From Mytilus trossulus (Eukaryota): a DNA stretch of 64,000 bases. Below, piece by piece: positions 12,735-26,000 of the stretch (position 1 is the stretch's first letter; each line of letters starts with the position of its first letter). The notes below the pieces were generated by a model. That model saw only the letters and a list, made by a program, of their open reading frames with translations, had not been told where the DNA came from and did not search any database. The stretch spans positions 19,654,001 to 19,718,000 of the forward strand of contig NC_086377.1 in the NCBI RefSeq assembly GCF_036588685.1. Direction: 5' to 3'. A program made the translations under genes and the position numbers.

Positions 12735-14686
12735 TTAGAGGAGATAACCCGAAAAAAAGCTCCAATCACCATGTATAGTTTCCGATCCTCGTCCTGGGTA
12801 ATGGCGCACTTTGACAACATCTCCCTTGTGCAGATATATTACGGCATTCATCGACCCGGCAAAATTTTCACCACGTGGTGCATGTCCTCTTGATATTTCG
12901 CTACTGTTCTGTACAATTTGAAGCTCTAAAGGTGTACTTGTCTGTAGAAATGTACAGGCAAAGAAGTATATTCCATTACAGGGTGCTGTGAAATGACCCG
13001 TATGTTGGTTATATGCTTTACCGATATTGGTTATCACGTGATCAAAAATAACAGTTTGTGTCGAACCAAGGGTTACATGTGGAGTCAATCTTGCATGAAA
13101 GGCAACTTTATTGGAAGGAATCGCTGAACCTGCTATTAAAAAAAAAATACGGTTGTATCCACTTCTGATGCCATACATTTCTCATTCACATTAAGCCCAA
13201 ATTTCAAAAATAAAAACGCATAAGTGTAAATGCGTTACATTGTACGATATAAGTCTTCTTTTATGAATTGAAGAATATATAGAAAAAGGATTAACGATGG
13301 TATTCATTTCTGCTGCATACATGTCTTATTCACGTCTAAATTTAGAGAAAAAAGCATACTTCTAAAAGTATTTAGATATAGGTCTTCTTTTATCAACTAC
13401 AATTATGTTATCTTTACTCAACTCTTGAATTGTTTTATCTATTTCAGTTTTATTTGAATGTCTCTTATATCTAAAGTTATATAAGGTAATTTTAACAATA
13501 TATTCTGCTGTTACACATTATTGAAAAACTTACAACTGGGAAATTTTATTGTTTAAAGTTAAAGTTGGTCAGTCTCTCACTTATCACATTCTCAATATTT
13601 TTTAGTGACTGAAAGCCGTATGCATAACTTAATGATTGATTGTTGGTTGCTTAACGTCCAGTGGCAGTATGCATAACTTAATGTTTTACTTCTATTAAAC
13701 ATTTAACTTACTCTCTCCTAGAAGTCTGTTGGTTCTCTGAAGAGTATCAATTGCTTCTAATAATGCTGCTTTTGCTTTACCTACAAAATGTACAATAAAC
13801 AAGTCATAGATAATTTAAATCTCGTATTTGCGCCACGCGCTAGTTTCGTGTACAAAAGTCTCATCAGTGACGCTCAAATCTAATAATTTTGAAAAGTCCA
13901 AATCAAGTATGAAGAAAGAGCTTGTATGACTATAATTCCGAAAAAGAATTTCCGTATCCTATCTAGCTAGAGGTTGGATTAGATTATTATGAATAAAATA
14001 TTAAGCCACTTTATCTGTACCATTTATAAAACAATGTTTCAGAGCTATGACCATCAAATATGAGTGCTGTAGCAGGATGAAATTATAATTGAACATGTTA
14101 GCAAGACAAAGTAAAAAGTCGTTATGTTCAAATAGTGAGTAAATAATTAATCTTTCACGAGACAAACATCTGTCAAATCACATAGCTATGTAATTTGGAA
14201 GTCTACGAATTTCCGCTTAATAATTTAAAAAGAACTTAAACGTTATATGTAAGATAAGATAAGAACATTTATTGTTAGTCGGGTTTCATAAAATGCTACA
14301 AACATAAGGTCTACTCGCCGACATTAATAACAATTACAACACATACAATATAATGACATATAGGACAGATACAACACACGCAAAAGACAATGTTAAGCCA
14401 GCTATATTGTATAAGCACAGTTTATATATATATATAATCAAGCACAAGCAGGTAAAGCATTAAACTAGAATTTAAGCACATGCACAGCAGTCAAATAAAT
14501 GAAATTTACTAGTTATGAAAGTCAGACCAATTGTCGTCATATTGACATAAAACACGTATATCATTATTATGTAGAGACACGCAACTTGGACTACTTACCA
14601 ATTTTTCGGCAGCAGTCATCTCCACCATACACATATACTACACTTATGCATGTTATAAACAATAGGCTTATAAATATGTACTTCAT
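12735..14686 (-). CDS. Secreted C1q-domain-containing protein, gene 1 (184 aa); exons complement(14599..14686, 13712..13780, 12735..13132)
   Basis: Exon 1 reads MKYIFISLLFITCISVVYVYGGDDCCRKI (signal peptide-like) then G|gtaagt. Exon 2 is tag|GTAAA..GAGA|gtaagt (KAKAALLEAIDTLQRTNRLLGE). Exon 3 is a gC1q domain (VAFHARL..VIFDHVITNIGKAYNQHTGHFTAPCNGIYFF..LHKGDVVKV..SFFSGYLL*). Lengths 88+69+398=555 nt, in frame; the exon 3 acceptor is tandem (TAGCAG). Confidence 0.92.
13618..13683 (-). mobile_element. 32-bp 5'-truncated retro-insertion with 17-bp TSD in intron 2 of gene 1
   Basis: gtatgcataacttaatg at 13618..13634 and 13667..13683 flanks an insert with a (CAAT)n-like tail on the minus strand; the gene 3 intron has the empty site at about 27453. 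Confidence 0.75.
13830..13874 (-). ncRNA. Decayed type I hammerhead ribozyme in intron 1 of C1qDC gene 1
   Basis: Minus strand AGCGTCA CTGATGA GACT-tttgt-ACAC GAAA CTAGCGCG TGGCGC. The core boxes are kept, but stem II is mismatched and the GUC triplet is lost. Same intron position as the gene 3 copy. Confidence 0.7.
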
Positions 14687-15040
14687 TTTTACTTTCAAAG
14701 TATATCCGTATAATCAAATTGGTTGGTACAACATGAATCTGTAACCATTTGGTAATGTGTTGTTTCAGTACCTTACACATTATTATAAAGTTATTAGATA
14801 CCGTAATGATCATATTGCGTGCTTAAAAATAAAAATACACCTATTACAATACAAACGTGCACGCTATTTTTTTTTAAAGATTGCAACATTTGTTGAACAG
14901 ATTTTGTATGCTGTATATGTCAGATGGTTAAAAGTAAAATCACAAAAATACTGAACTCCTAGGAAATTTCAAGGGAAAGTAACACGAATTACAACCATAT
15001 GGTGCCCTATATCTTCCATGGAGATAAATCTGAGTTGACA

Positions 15041-15597
15041 GAATCTATCTCAATAAGGTAACATAATCTATCTCGATAGTTTAACATAATCTATCTCGAG
15101 AGGTTAACATAATCGATCTCGATAAGGTAACATAATCTATCTCGATAAGGTAACATAATTTATCTCGATAGGTTAACATAATCTATCTGGATAGGTTAAC
15201 ATAATCTATCTCGATAGGTTAACATAATATATCTCGATAGGTTAACATAATATATCTCGATAGGTTAACATAATCTATCTCGATAAAGTAACATAATCTA
15301 TCTCGATAGGTTAACATAATCTATCTCGATAAGGTAACATAATCTATCTCGATAAGGTAACATAATCTATCTCGATAGGTTAACATAATCTGTCTCGATA
15401 GGTAAACATAATCTATCTCGATTAGTTAACATAATCTATCTCGATAAGTTAACACAATCTATCTCGATAAGTTAACACAATCTATCTCGATAGGTGAACA
15501 TAATCTATCTCGATAGGTTAACAGAATCTATCTCGATAGGGTAACATAATCTATCTCGATAGGTTAACATAATCTATCTCGATAGGTTAACATAATC
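15041..15597. repeat. 23-bp minisatellite (AACATAATCTATCTCGATAGGTT), about 24 copies, upstream of C1qDC gene 1
   Basis: Directly visible head-to-tail array without spacers. Confidence 0.95.
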
Positions 15598-15699
15598 AGG
15601 TATTTGTTTACCACTTATCAGGATTTTATCTCAACAAGTACAGATTTTTATTTTACAATGTATCTAGCTTTTTTATAAACTAAGTATAGAATAGTCGTG

Positions 15700-18600
15700 A
15701 TAGACGTTTTATGTATTTTAACAAATAGAACGACTTTGAAGCTTTATTTATCGTGACAAAAAGTCACAAGACTTTAGCTCACCTTTCAAAATAACAATCG
15801 CGATACGGCTAATACGAGTAATAAGATAACATATCATGAATTGTTGAAATTTATTTATTTTTCTAAAAATTTGGATTCAATGTCGTTGTATTTGTTTAAA
15901 AACATGACTTTTATTGAAGACGAAGCCACCAATTATCATTTGCATACGAAAATACACGATAACTGGATATTTATATTGACCAGTTAGAAAAAAAAACAAT
16001 GAAACATTTTTTCCTTATTTTACTTATAGACTTAGTTTTTTTCTGCCAGGAAACATTACATTCACTCTGTGGTTAAAGTTTTTAAAATTTTTTCTTAAGC
16101 TATCCTGGAATTGTTCAGAACTATGCCAAAAGTTTGTTTATGATCAGAAGATAGTATCCAGACGTTAATTTGTGTAAAAAAGAAATTCCATTTTTTCCGT
16201 AGTTCACTTATAAAAAGACATAGTTTTTCTACCAGTTAACATTACATACAGTCTGCAGTTAAAGTTTTTAAACATTTTTAAGATTCGTTTTAAGAATCGT
16301 CTGACAATCAAGAGATAGTAACTAGAGGAATAGTTTTACTGATTTGTTCCTCATTTTTGTTGAGTGTGTGATTAACAGTAAACGTAGGTGATACACTGGG
16401 TTCCGCGGAACCCTTACAAATTGTCTTATATGTAAAGTACTTTTGAGTAAATTCATGTTGGATAGCTGAAAATTTATTTAGCCTTAAAATGGGTCAAGAT
16501 GAACATCGGTATCGTTCAACGTTTGTCTAATGGGGTATATCTGTACTGTAGTCTGCCTTTTCATATCCATGCAAGACCTTGAAGGCCGTACGGTAACATA
16601 ACCATGTTAACTTCCATGACATTTGATTTATGATGCGTAGTTGGCTAACTGGCAATCATAACTCGTCTTTGTTTTTATATTGGTCCAGTAATTATTGTAA
16701 TGTTAACAGCATTTTATTTTTTGGGGAATATTTTCAGGTCCATATTTACAACAATTAAAGACAAAAACGTAGGATGGTGACACAAAAAAGAAAACATTTT
16801 AACTACTTAACATCATATGTATGGACGACATTGAGAAAACGAATGATTCAAACAGTCGTCTTTCTCTATTAGAATGCCAGAAAATGAAGATGGTTAGAGT
16901 TTTCAAGAGTCAATTCTAATTTCATATTATAATAATGAAGTGCTACCGCATAGTTAACCATTTTAAATAAGAGTATAAAACAGCGACGCATTTACAAATA
17001 CAAGACAATAACAATCAAAACCAAGGAGTTAACAAATACTAACAAAACCAAAGAACATTTATATCTACAGCTATAAATAATAATTAAGAAACAACACAAA
17101 CTCTACTAAAACCACGGAGTTAAATCAAGTGCTCCGAAAGGGTAAGCATTTATCAATATCAGCAATCAACATATAGAACAAAAAGTCAACAAAAAACAGC
17201 AATAAAACAAAGTGCAACAATTAAAAAAAGAAAATAATAAAACATTTAACCTGTTATTTTTTCTGATAGAGCTTGACGACAACGGACATGTTCAACTGTG
17301 TACGACATGAAAAGCTGTTGAACTGCAATTACTTCTGTATAAACTTAATTCGTTGTAATTCGGTAAAAATTAATAGCTTTGCCACAAAAAATATTCTAGC
17401 CAATGATTTTTTTTATAAGCTATTATTTCTGTTTGTTTTGTTCGCACATTGTCGTCAATAGAATAGCATTGTATGCGATTGCCATAAGACATAGGTTTAG
17501 CTAGGTTTCAACAAGATTTAATCCACCACTATCTACATATCAAAATGCCTGTTACAAGTCAAAAATATACCAGTTGTTACCATTTGTTTGATGTTTTCAT
17601 TTTTGCTATTTATTGAATACCTTTTAGTATGTTGTTAATCAATTATGATATTTTGAATTATATCAGTGAACAAAAACAATGACAGCCAATGCATCTTTAA
17701 GGTGGATAATTCAATTTATAGGCTTTATATATAATTAAAAAAAAGATTATGTGGTATAATTGCCAATGAGACAATTTTCCACAAGAGAGCAAAATGACAC
17801 AGACATAAACAACTATAGGTCACTTTACGGTCGTCAACAATGAACAAAGCCCATACCGCATAGTCAATTATAAAAGACTTCAACAAGGCAATGTAAAACA
17901 ATTCAAACGAGTTAACTAAGGGCCTTATTTATATAAAAGAATTAACGAAAATAAATATGTCACACATAAACAAATGTTGTTCCATTCCTAGCTTCCCGCA
18001 AATCGTCTATTTATAACAATTCATAGTATTTTGTATGTCAACTTTATTTGAAGCTTTTATTATTTGGCAGTAAAAGTTCAAGTCGGGAATCAATCTTATC
18101 AAACAAAGTTATCATCACTTGTTGCTCGATTTTTATATATCGGCGTGTGAGACAGGCATATAAAAAATCGAGGAGCAAGTGATGAGAAACTATTTTAATA
18201 AGATTGTTCGGGAATAGAACTTTGAAGTTCCTTACTTCCACAATGTGAATTAGTCTTTGTATAAGGGTTATGAATATTTTTTTCGTTGTATTGTAATGTT
18301 TTCCCTGGTATTTCATTTAAATTAATCAAAAGACATTTGTCGATTTGTTTGTAACTCAAAATTATGACTACAGAAAAGCAATGTGGATGCATAAAATGTG
18401 ATCTTCATTCACTATCTTCAGGTTTTACTATTCTAATGAATCGTAATAGGAAACCTATAATTGATGTTGTGTTTCAAAGGTTAAGATGAACACTATGTAC
18501 ATGATGTATAGAAACCACGACTTTTGTAAGTGTCAATTATATATATTGAGATATCGGGTCTTATTAAATTCCAATACCAAACATGCGTGACTTTTCCCTG

Positions 18601-20100
18601 CGTTGGATAACTTTTAGTGGTCATGGGCGACTATCTACTCCTTGTTCGGGTTGTTGTAACTTTGACACATTCCCCAGTCTTCGTTTTAAATTTTGCGTTC
18701 TATATCTTCCTCCTTTTCCTAGGAGCATCACCATGAGGCACGATGAGAATAAGAATATATTTTCTACATTTGAAAATTCCTTTAGCAAGTCATGAATTTG
18801 ACAGTTGTTGTCCATTCGTTTGATGTGTTTTATCCTTTGAGTTTGCCATTTGATTAGGAACTTTCCGTTTAGAATTTTACGCGGAGTTCAGTATTTTTGT
18901 GATTTTCCTTTTTTTTTATATCATGTATCTATATATCTATATATATTTAATGTCGCAATTTGCCTGTCAGTTTCAGTTTTTTTCTGCTACAAAGGTAATC
19001 TTCTCGAAACACAAATTAGTATACATACGGTTTGCAGTAGGAGTAAACACGAGGACGGTTTCAAACAGAATGATTTTAAAAGCAGAAAAAATGTGTACCT
19101 AATATTAGATGACAATACGAAAACTTAAAATCCAGGCTAAACATAGGAGAAGGTACTTTGATTCAGACACGGACTCGTGATTTCGATGGTTTGTTTTATT
19201 GTTCTACATTGTATTTGTTTTTGCAAACATTTAAAAAAAAAACTTGTTTATTCTTAGTCCTTAGTTGTATTTGACTCAACCTTTTGGAAGTTTGGGACCT
19301 CATGCAATGCTCTTCCACCTTGTACTTGTGTTGGCTTTACACCTTTTGTTTATTTCATTGTAGCGTCACTGATGAGTCTTATGTAGACGAAACGCGCCTC
19401 TGTTGTATTGAAATATAATCCTGGTACCTTTGATATTGTTTTTTTGGTTTGTGCTTTTGTTTGATAAGGCATATATAGATATGGTCTAGACTTTATTTTC
19501 GAATAGATATTGATTCTTGTGATGTCGGACGAGTTCATGTGGTCTATTGTACTGTTCGAGACATTTGTTGCTTGTAAATTTTTGTATGTTTTGTATGATA
19601 AAATAATATTTCAAAAGAATGAATTTTTTTTTTTTTTTTTTTTAAATTGACTCAGATACACAGCAAACAAGTCAACCTGCTTTGTATCATATATAAATCA
19701 AATCAATAAACCACAGTTATAATTACTGTATAATCTATAAATTCACACAGTGATCACAGCTGCGTCCTATATGAAAAATCCTCCCTATACATGTACACAG
19801 CAATTGTTACACAATAATTTATATTAAATATACAATAGACATTGCTGTTTGAAGCTTTAATACATGTAGTAAAATATTAAATACGGTAACCCGTAAAAAA
19901 GCTCCAATCGCCATGTATTATTTCCGATCCAACTCCAGGGTAATGACGCACATTCACAACATCTCCTGTGTGCATATATACAACTGCATTCATCGACCCA
20001 GCCTGCGATCCTCCACCTGTTGCTGCATGTCCACGTGATATTTCGGTGCTGTTTTGAACCATTTGAAGATGTAATTGAGTTGCAGTGTGTGGTCTGAGAA
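15700..20100 (+). repeat. Segmental duplication unit X (intergenic plus gene 3' end), copy 1; paralog at 23060..26810
   Basis: Colinear anchors: gacgttttatgtatt (15703/23060), gtaaattcatgttggatagctg (16447/23607), gacatgaaaagctgttgaactgc (17305/24638), cagcaaacaagtcaacctgc (19661/26375). Confidence 0.85.
19250..19435 (+). mobile_element. Retrozyme fragment with near-intact type I hammerhead (19362..19406)
   Basis: AGCGTCA CTGATGA GTCT-tatgt-AGAC GAAA CGCGC CTC TGTTGT, followed by the aatcctggtacctttgat tail also seen at other copies. The triplet is CTC instead of GTC and stem I is weakened. Confidence 0.75.
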
Positions 20101-21682
20101 ATGTGCAGGCAAAGAAATAAATTCCATCGTTGGGTGCTGTGAAATGACCCGTATGTGGGTTATATGCTTGACCAATATTTGTAATCACCTTATCAAAAAC
20201 AACAGTCTGTGAAGAACCAAGGGTGACATACGGTTTCAATCTGGCATGAAAGGCTACTTCAGTTGACGAAATTGGAGAATAAGCTATTAAACAAAAATCA
20301 TAAGTTGAACATTATATTCATTTACATATTGCCTCAACTGATGATTTACACTTTGTTTCAAGTATATTCAATTTGAGCTGCCTTGGTATCTATATATTCT
20401 ATGTTTTTCCTATGACGCTTATCAATTTCCATTTACGTATGGTAAATATTTCACTGTTTAATTAGTCTATAAGTTTGTTATGAAATTTGGACTTTCAAGC
20501 GACTCTTTTTCTGCCGAAACACAGTCTCATACTTTCGGTGATTTAATTCATAATAACATTACTATAAAAATAATCATTGGAATTATATCAAGCATGGGCA
20601 ATGACTCGTATATCATGTATATGGTGTAGGGATAAATGACTTTGACCATGTTGTATTTTCTATTTCTACTGATATCTTAGCATATTACCATAACTTACTG
20701 TCACCAAGCAGGCTGTTGGCCCTCTGCAGTATGGTAATTGCATCTTCTACAGTTGACTTTGCTTGTCCTAAAACAAGGTGATTGTTAAGATACAATATGT
20801 AAGTTTTCATCCCTACTTTTTTTTTTAGTTGAGGCACAATACGCACATACACAATGGAATAACTCAAAGCGAAATGAATAATGATATGCATAACAAGAGA
20901 GACTAAAGATACAACCCTTACTTCAAATAAGTCGATCACAAACTGACCAGAGAACAAAAAAACAACAACAATCAACAGTAAAACACTAGAGAGAAAACAA
21001 AGGAATAGGCAACACGAATCCGAACAAAATCTGGTGTGATCTCATGTGCCTCAGAATGAGACCAGACTAGCTCCAAATATTGCATCAGTGGTGCTGCTTG
21101 TTTAAGTACAAGTTGGGAGGTGTCAAGTTGCGTACCAGGATTGTTACAACGATGTTTACAAATATAATACCTATCAATGTTGAAAGTAGCATGGCATGAT
21201 AGAATTATTTTGTTTCTAATAGAAATATTTTATACTCTAAAAGTTTATACTTCGTGGCGGACCTATAATGTTCGCTCAAAATATCGCCATTTTTAATTGA
21301 AGAATCTAAAACGTTTTAGAAAATCGACAGTAAAAAAATGAAAAAAGAACAGACACATTCAAATTTACTTCATGTTTTTATTTAATTTCCTAGTGAGCAA
21401 CATCAACAATAATGTCGATTTTGATCTCCGGCGTTGTTCGAAATTCATCTGACGTTGCAGTTTAAAGTATTACATCAAGCACGTGCAGCCCGTGTTTTAT
21501 TAATATAAGAACATTGCTTTGTATCCAAATCTGAAGAAGAACTTCATATAAGAATCAATAATAACAAACTGAATTTTTTTTGACATACCTATTTTGCCAC
21601 AACAACTGGTTTCTTGACCAACTGTGGATGACAGAACGGAAAGTGCAATAAGAATTATATGTCCCATGTCGACGTACTGCAT
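19877..21682 (-). CDS. Secreted C1q-domain-containing protein, gene 2 (189 aa); exons complement(21589..21682, 20699..20767, 19877..20283)
   Basis: Exon 1 MQYVDMGHIILIALSVLSSTVGQETSCCGKI with G|gtatgt; 69-nt exon 2 (G)QAKSTVEDAITILQRANSLLGD; exon 3 gC1q domain VAFHARL..GHFTAPNDGIYFF..SFFTGYRI*. Lengths 94+69+407=570 nt, in frame, canonical GT-AG. Confidence 0.92.
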
Positions 21683-21697
21683 ACATTAATATACCTT

Positions 21698-21732
21698 ACT
21701 GAACATATACACAAACACGTTGATTTTTTATA
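21698..21732 (-). promoter_or_regulatory. Candidate TATA box plus initiator of C1qDC gene 2
   Basis: Minus strand TATAAAA (21732..21726) is followed by TCAGT (21702..21698), with the A 32 nt from the first T and 18 nt upstream of the ATG. Confidence 0.5.
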
Positions 21733-23059
21733 TGATTTTATTTCCGCGGTAAACTCGGTTAAAGCGCAGTTTTTTACAAGTTAAAGTATGAAACATCCGA
21801 AAGGAACATAGACATTTCCGATTAAAATCATAATAAATGTTTACATCCTTAAAAGCCAAATTAAACATAATTGTGAATAGTGTATTATATATACTATTTT
21901 ATGTACAAGATAAATTGGTTCATTTAGAAATTGGCTTAATCAATCACCAAACATTTAATGATATCATTTTGGTGAAACATAACATTTTTTAAATTGAAAT
22001 AAAAATAACGCATATGTTCTCATTGAAATAACATGATTATTATTAGTCCATCAGCTGTTGAGGTAAATTTCAGTTCTGTGTTACACCCTAGGGTACCGCA
22101 ATATTTTTGTATAAATCTAAAGAGTAATGTCTGAAGAATAGTTTAAGAGTATATCAACAATTTTGTTTAATACATATATATATAGAAATAAGAAAGATAA
22201 CACAGTATTCGGTACAATTTCTCTTTTTAAATTAAACACATCATATCTTATAAATACGGATGCTAATTTTTATTTAATTTTTAAATCGTATAGGACCAAG
22301 AAAAAAAGGCAGAGGATAATATCCAAAACTCATGATTTTGAATGAATCTAATCATACATACTTGTTTTCGTGATAAAAAAAAGTATATTTTTTTACCTTG
22401 AAACATAGAGCATCTAGTAACTAAAGGCAGTTGAACAAAATTCAAAGGTAAGAAAGGAGAAACAATGTTAAAGGTCATATGGTAATACATTATTGTTTTT
22501 TTTTTTTGCAATATATTTGATATCGGGAAATTAAAGACCTTACTTCAATTAAAACTATGACAGCTATCTACATGATCTAGTTTCATCTACATCATTTGTA
22601 CAAAAAAACATTTTTTTATATTTTTTGATATCAAGTTCAATTATACATTCAGAAACGACCTTTTTTCCTCTGTGTCTTGTAGAATCGTCTATTCTTAAAA
22701 TATTCTCTCGCACAATATCTGGACATCGGTGGGCATGCAACATTGCAATATAACCCGTTTACAAATGAAAATCAACACTCAGACTATAGGCATGAAGAGA
22801 GGCAATAAATGAACAAAAGACAAACCCGGGACACAGAAGTACAAACAATACACTATCAACTTTGAAAATTAAAAGTAAAATAGAAACATGGATCACGAAG
22901 AAAATGTAGGGGCGACATCACAGAGTGAAAAGAACTTGCTTCTTGCTAGACACTTTCCGTGAAAACAATTTGATATTAAGACAATCTTTTGTTTCATTTT
23001 TTTTCCAATTTCCTACATGAGGTATTTGCCTCATTTGCCTCACCGTAGTTAAGGCGATG

Positions 23060-26000
23060 GACGTTTTATGTATTGAAAGAAATTTAACGACTATGAAGCT
23101 TTATTTATCGTGACAAAAAGTCACAATACTTTATCTCATCATTCAAAATAACTATCGCGTTACGGCAATTTCAAGTAATAAGATGAAATATCATAAATAG
23201 GTTTTTTTCTACAAAATTAAATTTGGATTCAAAGTCGTTTTATTTGTTTAAAAACATGACTTTTATTGATGACGAAGCTACAATTTAGGATGTGCAAAAA
23301 GGAAATACACGATAACTGGATAATCATATTGACGAGTTAGAAAAAATATCAAGAAAAATTTTGATAAGAGTTCCGGACTTCTCGAGATAAAACAATAGAA
23401 GTCGTCAAAATACCTATTTATGTTTACCTATCGAGATAAATTAAGTTAACTCAATATAATTTCGATAGCCGGAATTGACTTCCAAAACTCTCATATTGTG
23501 CATTAAAAACAATTTGAATCATGCGCCTCTCCATAGTTAGGTTTATTGTTTCGCATTTTGGCCCCAACACATTTCTTTTATATACATTTTGTAAAAGTAC
23601 TGTGCAGTAAATTCATGTTGGATAGCTGAAAATTTATATAGCCTTAAAATGGATTACGATGAACATCGTTATTGTTTAACGTATTTCTAATGGGGTATAT
23701 CTGTATTGCAGTCTGCCTTTTCATATCTATACAAGACCTTGAAGGCCGTACGATAACCTAACCATGTTAATTTCCATGACATTTGATTTATGATGGGTAG
23801 TTGTCTAACTGGCAATCATAACTCGTCTTTGTTTTTATATTGGTCGAGCAATTATTGCAACGTTAACAACATTTCAGACCCATGCAATTTGTGATTTGGT
23901 TTTTTGAATGAAAGATGCTAAAGACACCAAATTTGTATTTATTCATCAGATAAATAAATGTCAAATGTTTCACAAAAAGATAGGTCGCAAATAATCGGGT
24001 TTTGTCTTTTAACCAAATATTTAGGGAATATTTTTATGTCAATATTTACAACAATTCAAGACAAAAAAGTTGGATGGTGCCACAAAATGAAACCTTTTAA
24101 CTACTCAAAATCATATGTATGAACGACATTGAGAAAAAGAATGATTCAAACATGCATCTTTTTTTTTTAATTTGAATGCCAGAAAAAGAAGATGGTTATA
24201 GCTTTCAAAAGTTAATTCTAATTTCATATCATAATGATACAGTGCAACCGCATAGTTACCCATTTTAAATAATAATAAAAAAACAAGCGATGCATTTACA
24301 AAAACAAGACACTAACAATCAAAACCAAGAAGAAAACAAAGACAAAACCAAAGGACATTTATATCAGCAGCTATAAATAATAATTAAGAAACAACACGAA
24401 CTCCACTAAATATCGAGAGTGAAATCAATTGCTCCGGAAGGGTAAGCATTTATCAATTTTAGCAATCAAATTATATAACAAAAAAGTCAACAAAACGAGC
24501 AATAAAACTAAATGCAACAATTAAAAAAAAGAAAAAAGAAAACATTGAACAAATCTTTACATCACGCTCCCCAATTAATTAAACCTGTTATTGTTCCTGA
24601 TAGAGCTTGTCGACAACGGACGTGTCCAACTGTGTATGACATGAAAAGCTGTTGAACTGCAATTACTTCTGTATCAACTTAATTCGTTATAATTCGATGA
24701 GCATTAATAGCTTTGCCACAAAAAATATTCTAGCCTATAATATCTCTTTTTATTAGCTGCTATTTCTGATTGTTTTGTTCACATATTGTTGTCAATAGAA
24801 TGGAGTTGTATGCGATTGTCATAAGACATAGGTTTAGCTAGTTTTCAACAGATTTAATCCACCACTATCTACATACCCAAATGCCTGTAAAAAGTCAATC
24901 TATATACATAGGCTTTCTTCCTTTCTTAACTTTCAGCAAATCGTCTATTTATAACGATTCATAGTATTATGTGTGTCAGATTTATTTGCAGCTTTTACTA
25001 TTTGACAGTAAAATTGTAATTCTGGAATCAATCTTATGAAAACAAGTTCTCACCACTTGCTCCTTGATTTTTTTATATATTGCCGTGTGAGACCGACATA
25101 TAAAAAATCGAGGAGCATGTGATGAGAACTTATTTTAATAAGATTGTTTGGGAATACACTTTGAAGTTTCTTACTACCACAATGTGATTAAGTCTGTGTA
25201 TGAGGGTTATGTATATTTGTTCGTTGTATTGAAATGTTCTCCTTGGCATATCATTTAAATCAATTACAAGACTTTTGTCGATTTGTTCGTTACTATAACT
25301 TATTACTACCGAAAAGCACTTTGGATGCATAAAATGTTATCTTCATTCGTTATCTTCAGGTTTTCTATTCCAATCATGCATAATATGAAACCCATAACTG
25401 ATGTTATGTTTCAAAAGTTAAGGTGAACACTATGTATAGAAACCAAGAGAATAAGGATACATTTTCTACATTTGATAATGCCTGTAGCATGTCATGAATA
25501 TTTCAGTTGTTGTCTATTCGTTTGATGTGTTTTATTTTTTGATTTTGCCATTTGATTAGGGAGTTTCCGTTTAAAATTTTTCGCTGAGTTCAGTATTTTT
25601 GTGATTTTATATTCTTTTTTGTATCTATACAAATTTTATGTTGCAATTTGCCAGTCAGTTACCAATTATTAGAAATTATTATAAACTAAGGAATGTATCT
25701 CCCTCATGCAAACCTCTGATTCCTCTCACGGATTTGGCTATACTTTTTGGAACTTTTGGATTATAGCTCTTCATTTTTTATATAAGTTTTGGATTTCAAA
25801 AATTTTGGCCACGAACATCAATGAAGAGACATGTATTGTCGAAATGCGCATCTGGTGCAAGAAAATTGGTACCGTTAGTTTGATTACAGGTTTTTCTGCT
25901 ACAAAGGTAATCTTCCCAAAACAAAAAATAGTATAATACCATAAACATGCTGTTTCCAGTTGGAGTAAACACGAAGGCGGTTTCAAACAAAATGATTTTA

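Noticed and set aside
12735-13178. ORF-track starts for the C1q ORFs (also 20239, 26948, 48577, 53561) as single-exon genes
   Set aside because: These starts are intronic or non-ATG; canonical splice sites and upstream signal-peptide exons give complete in-frame models.
15041-15597. CRISPR-like array
   Set aside because: The units are head-to-tail with no unique spacers, there are no cas genes, and the context is eukaryotic.
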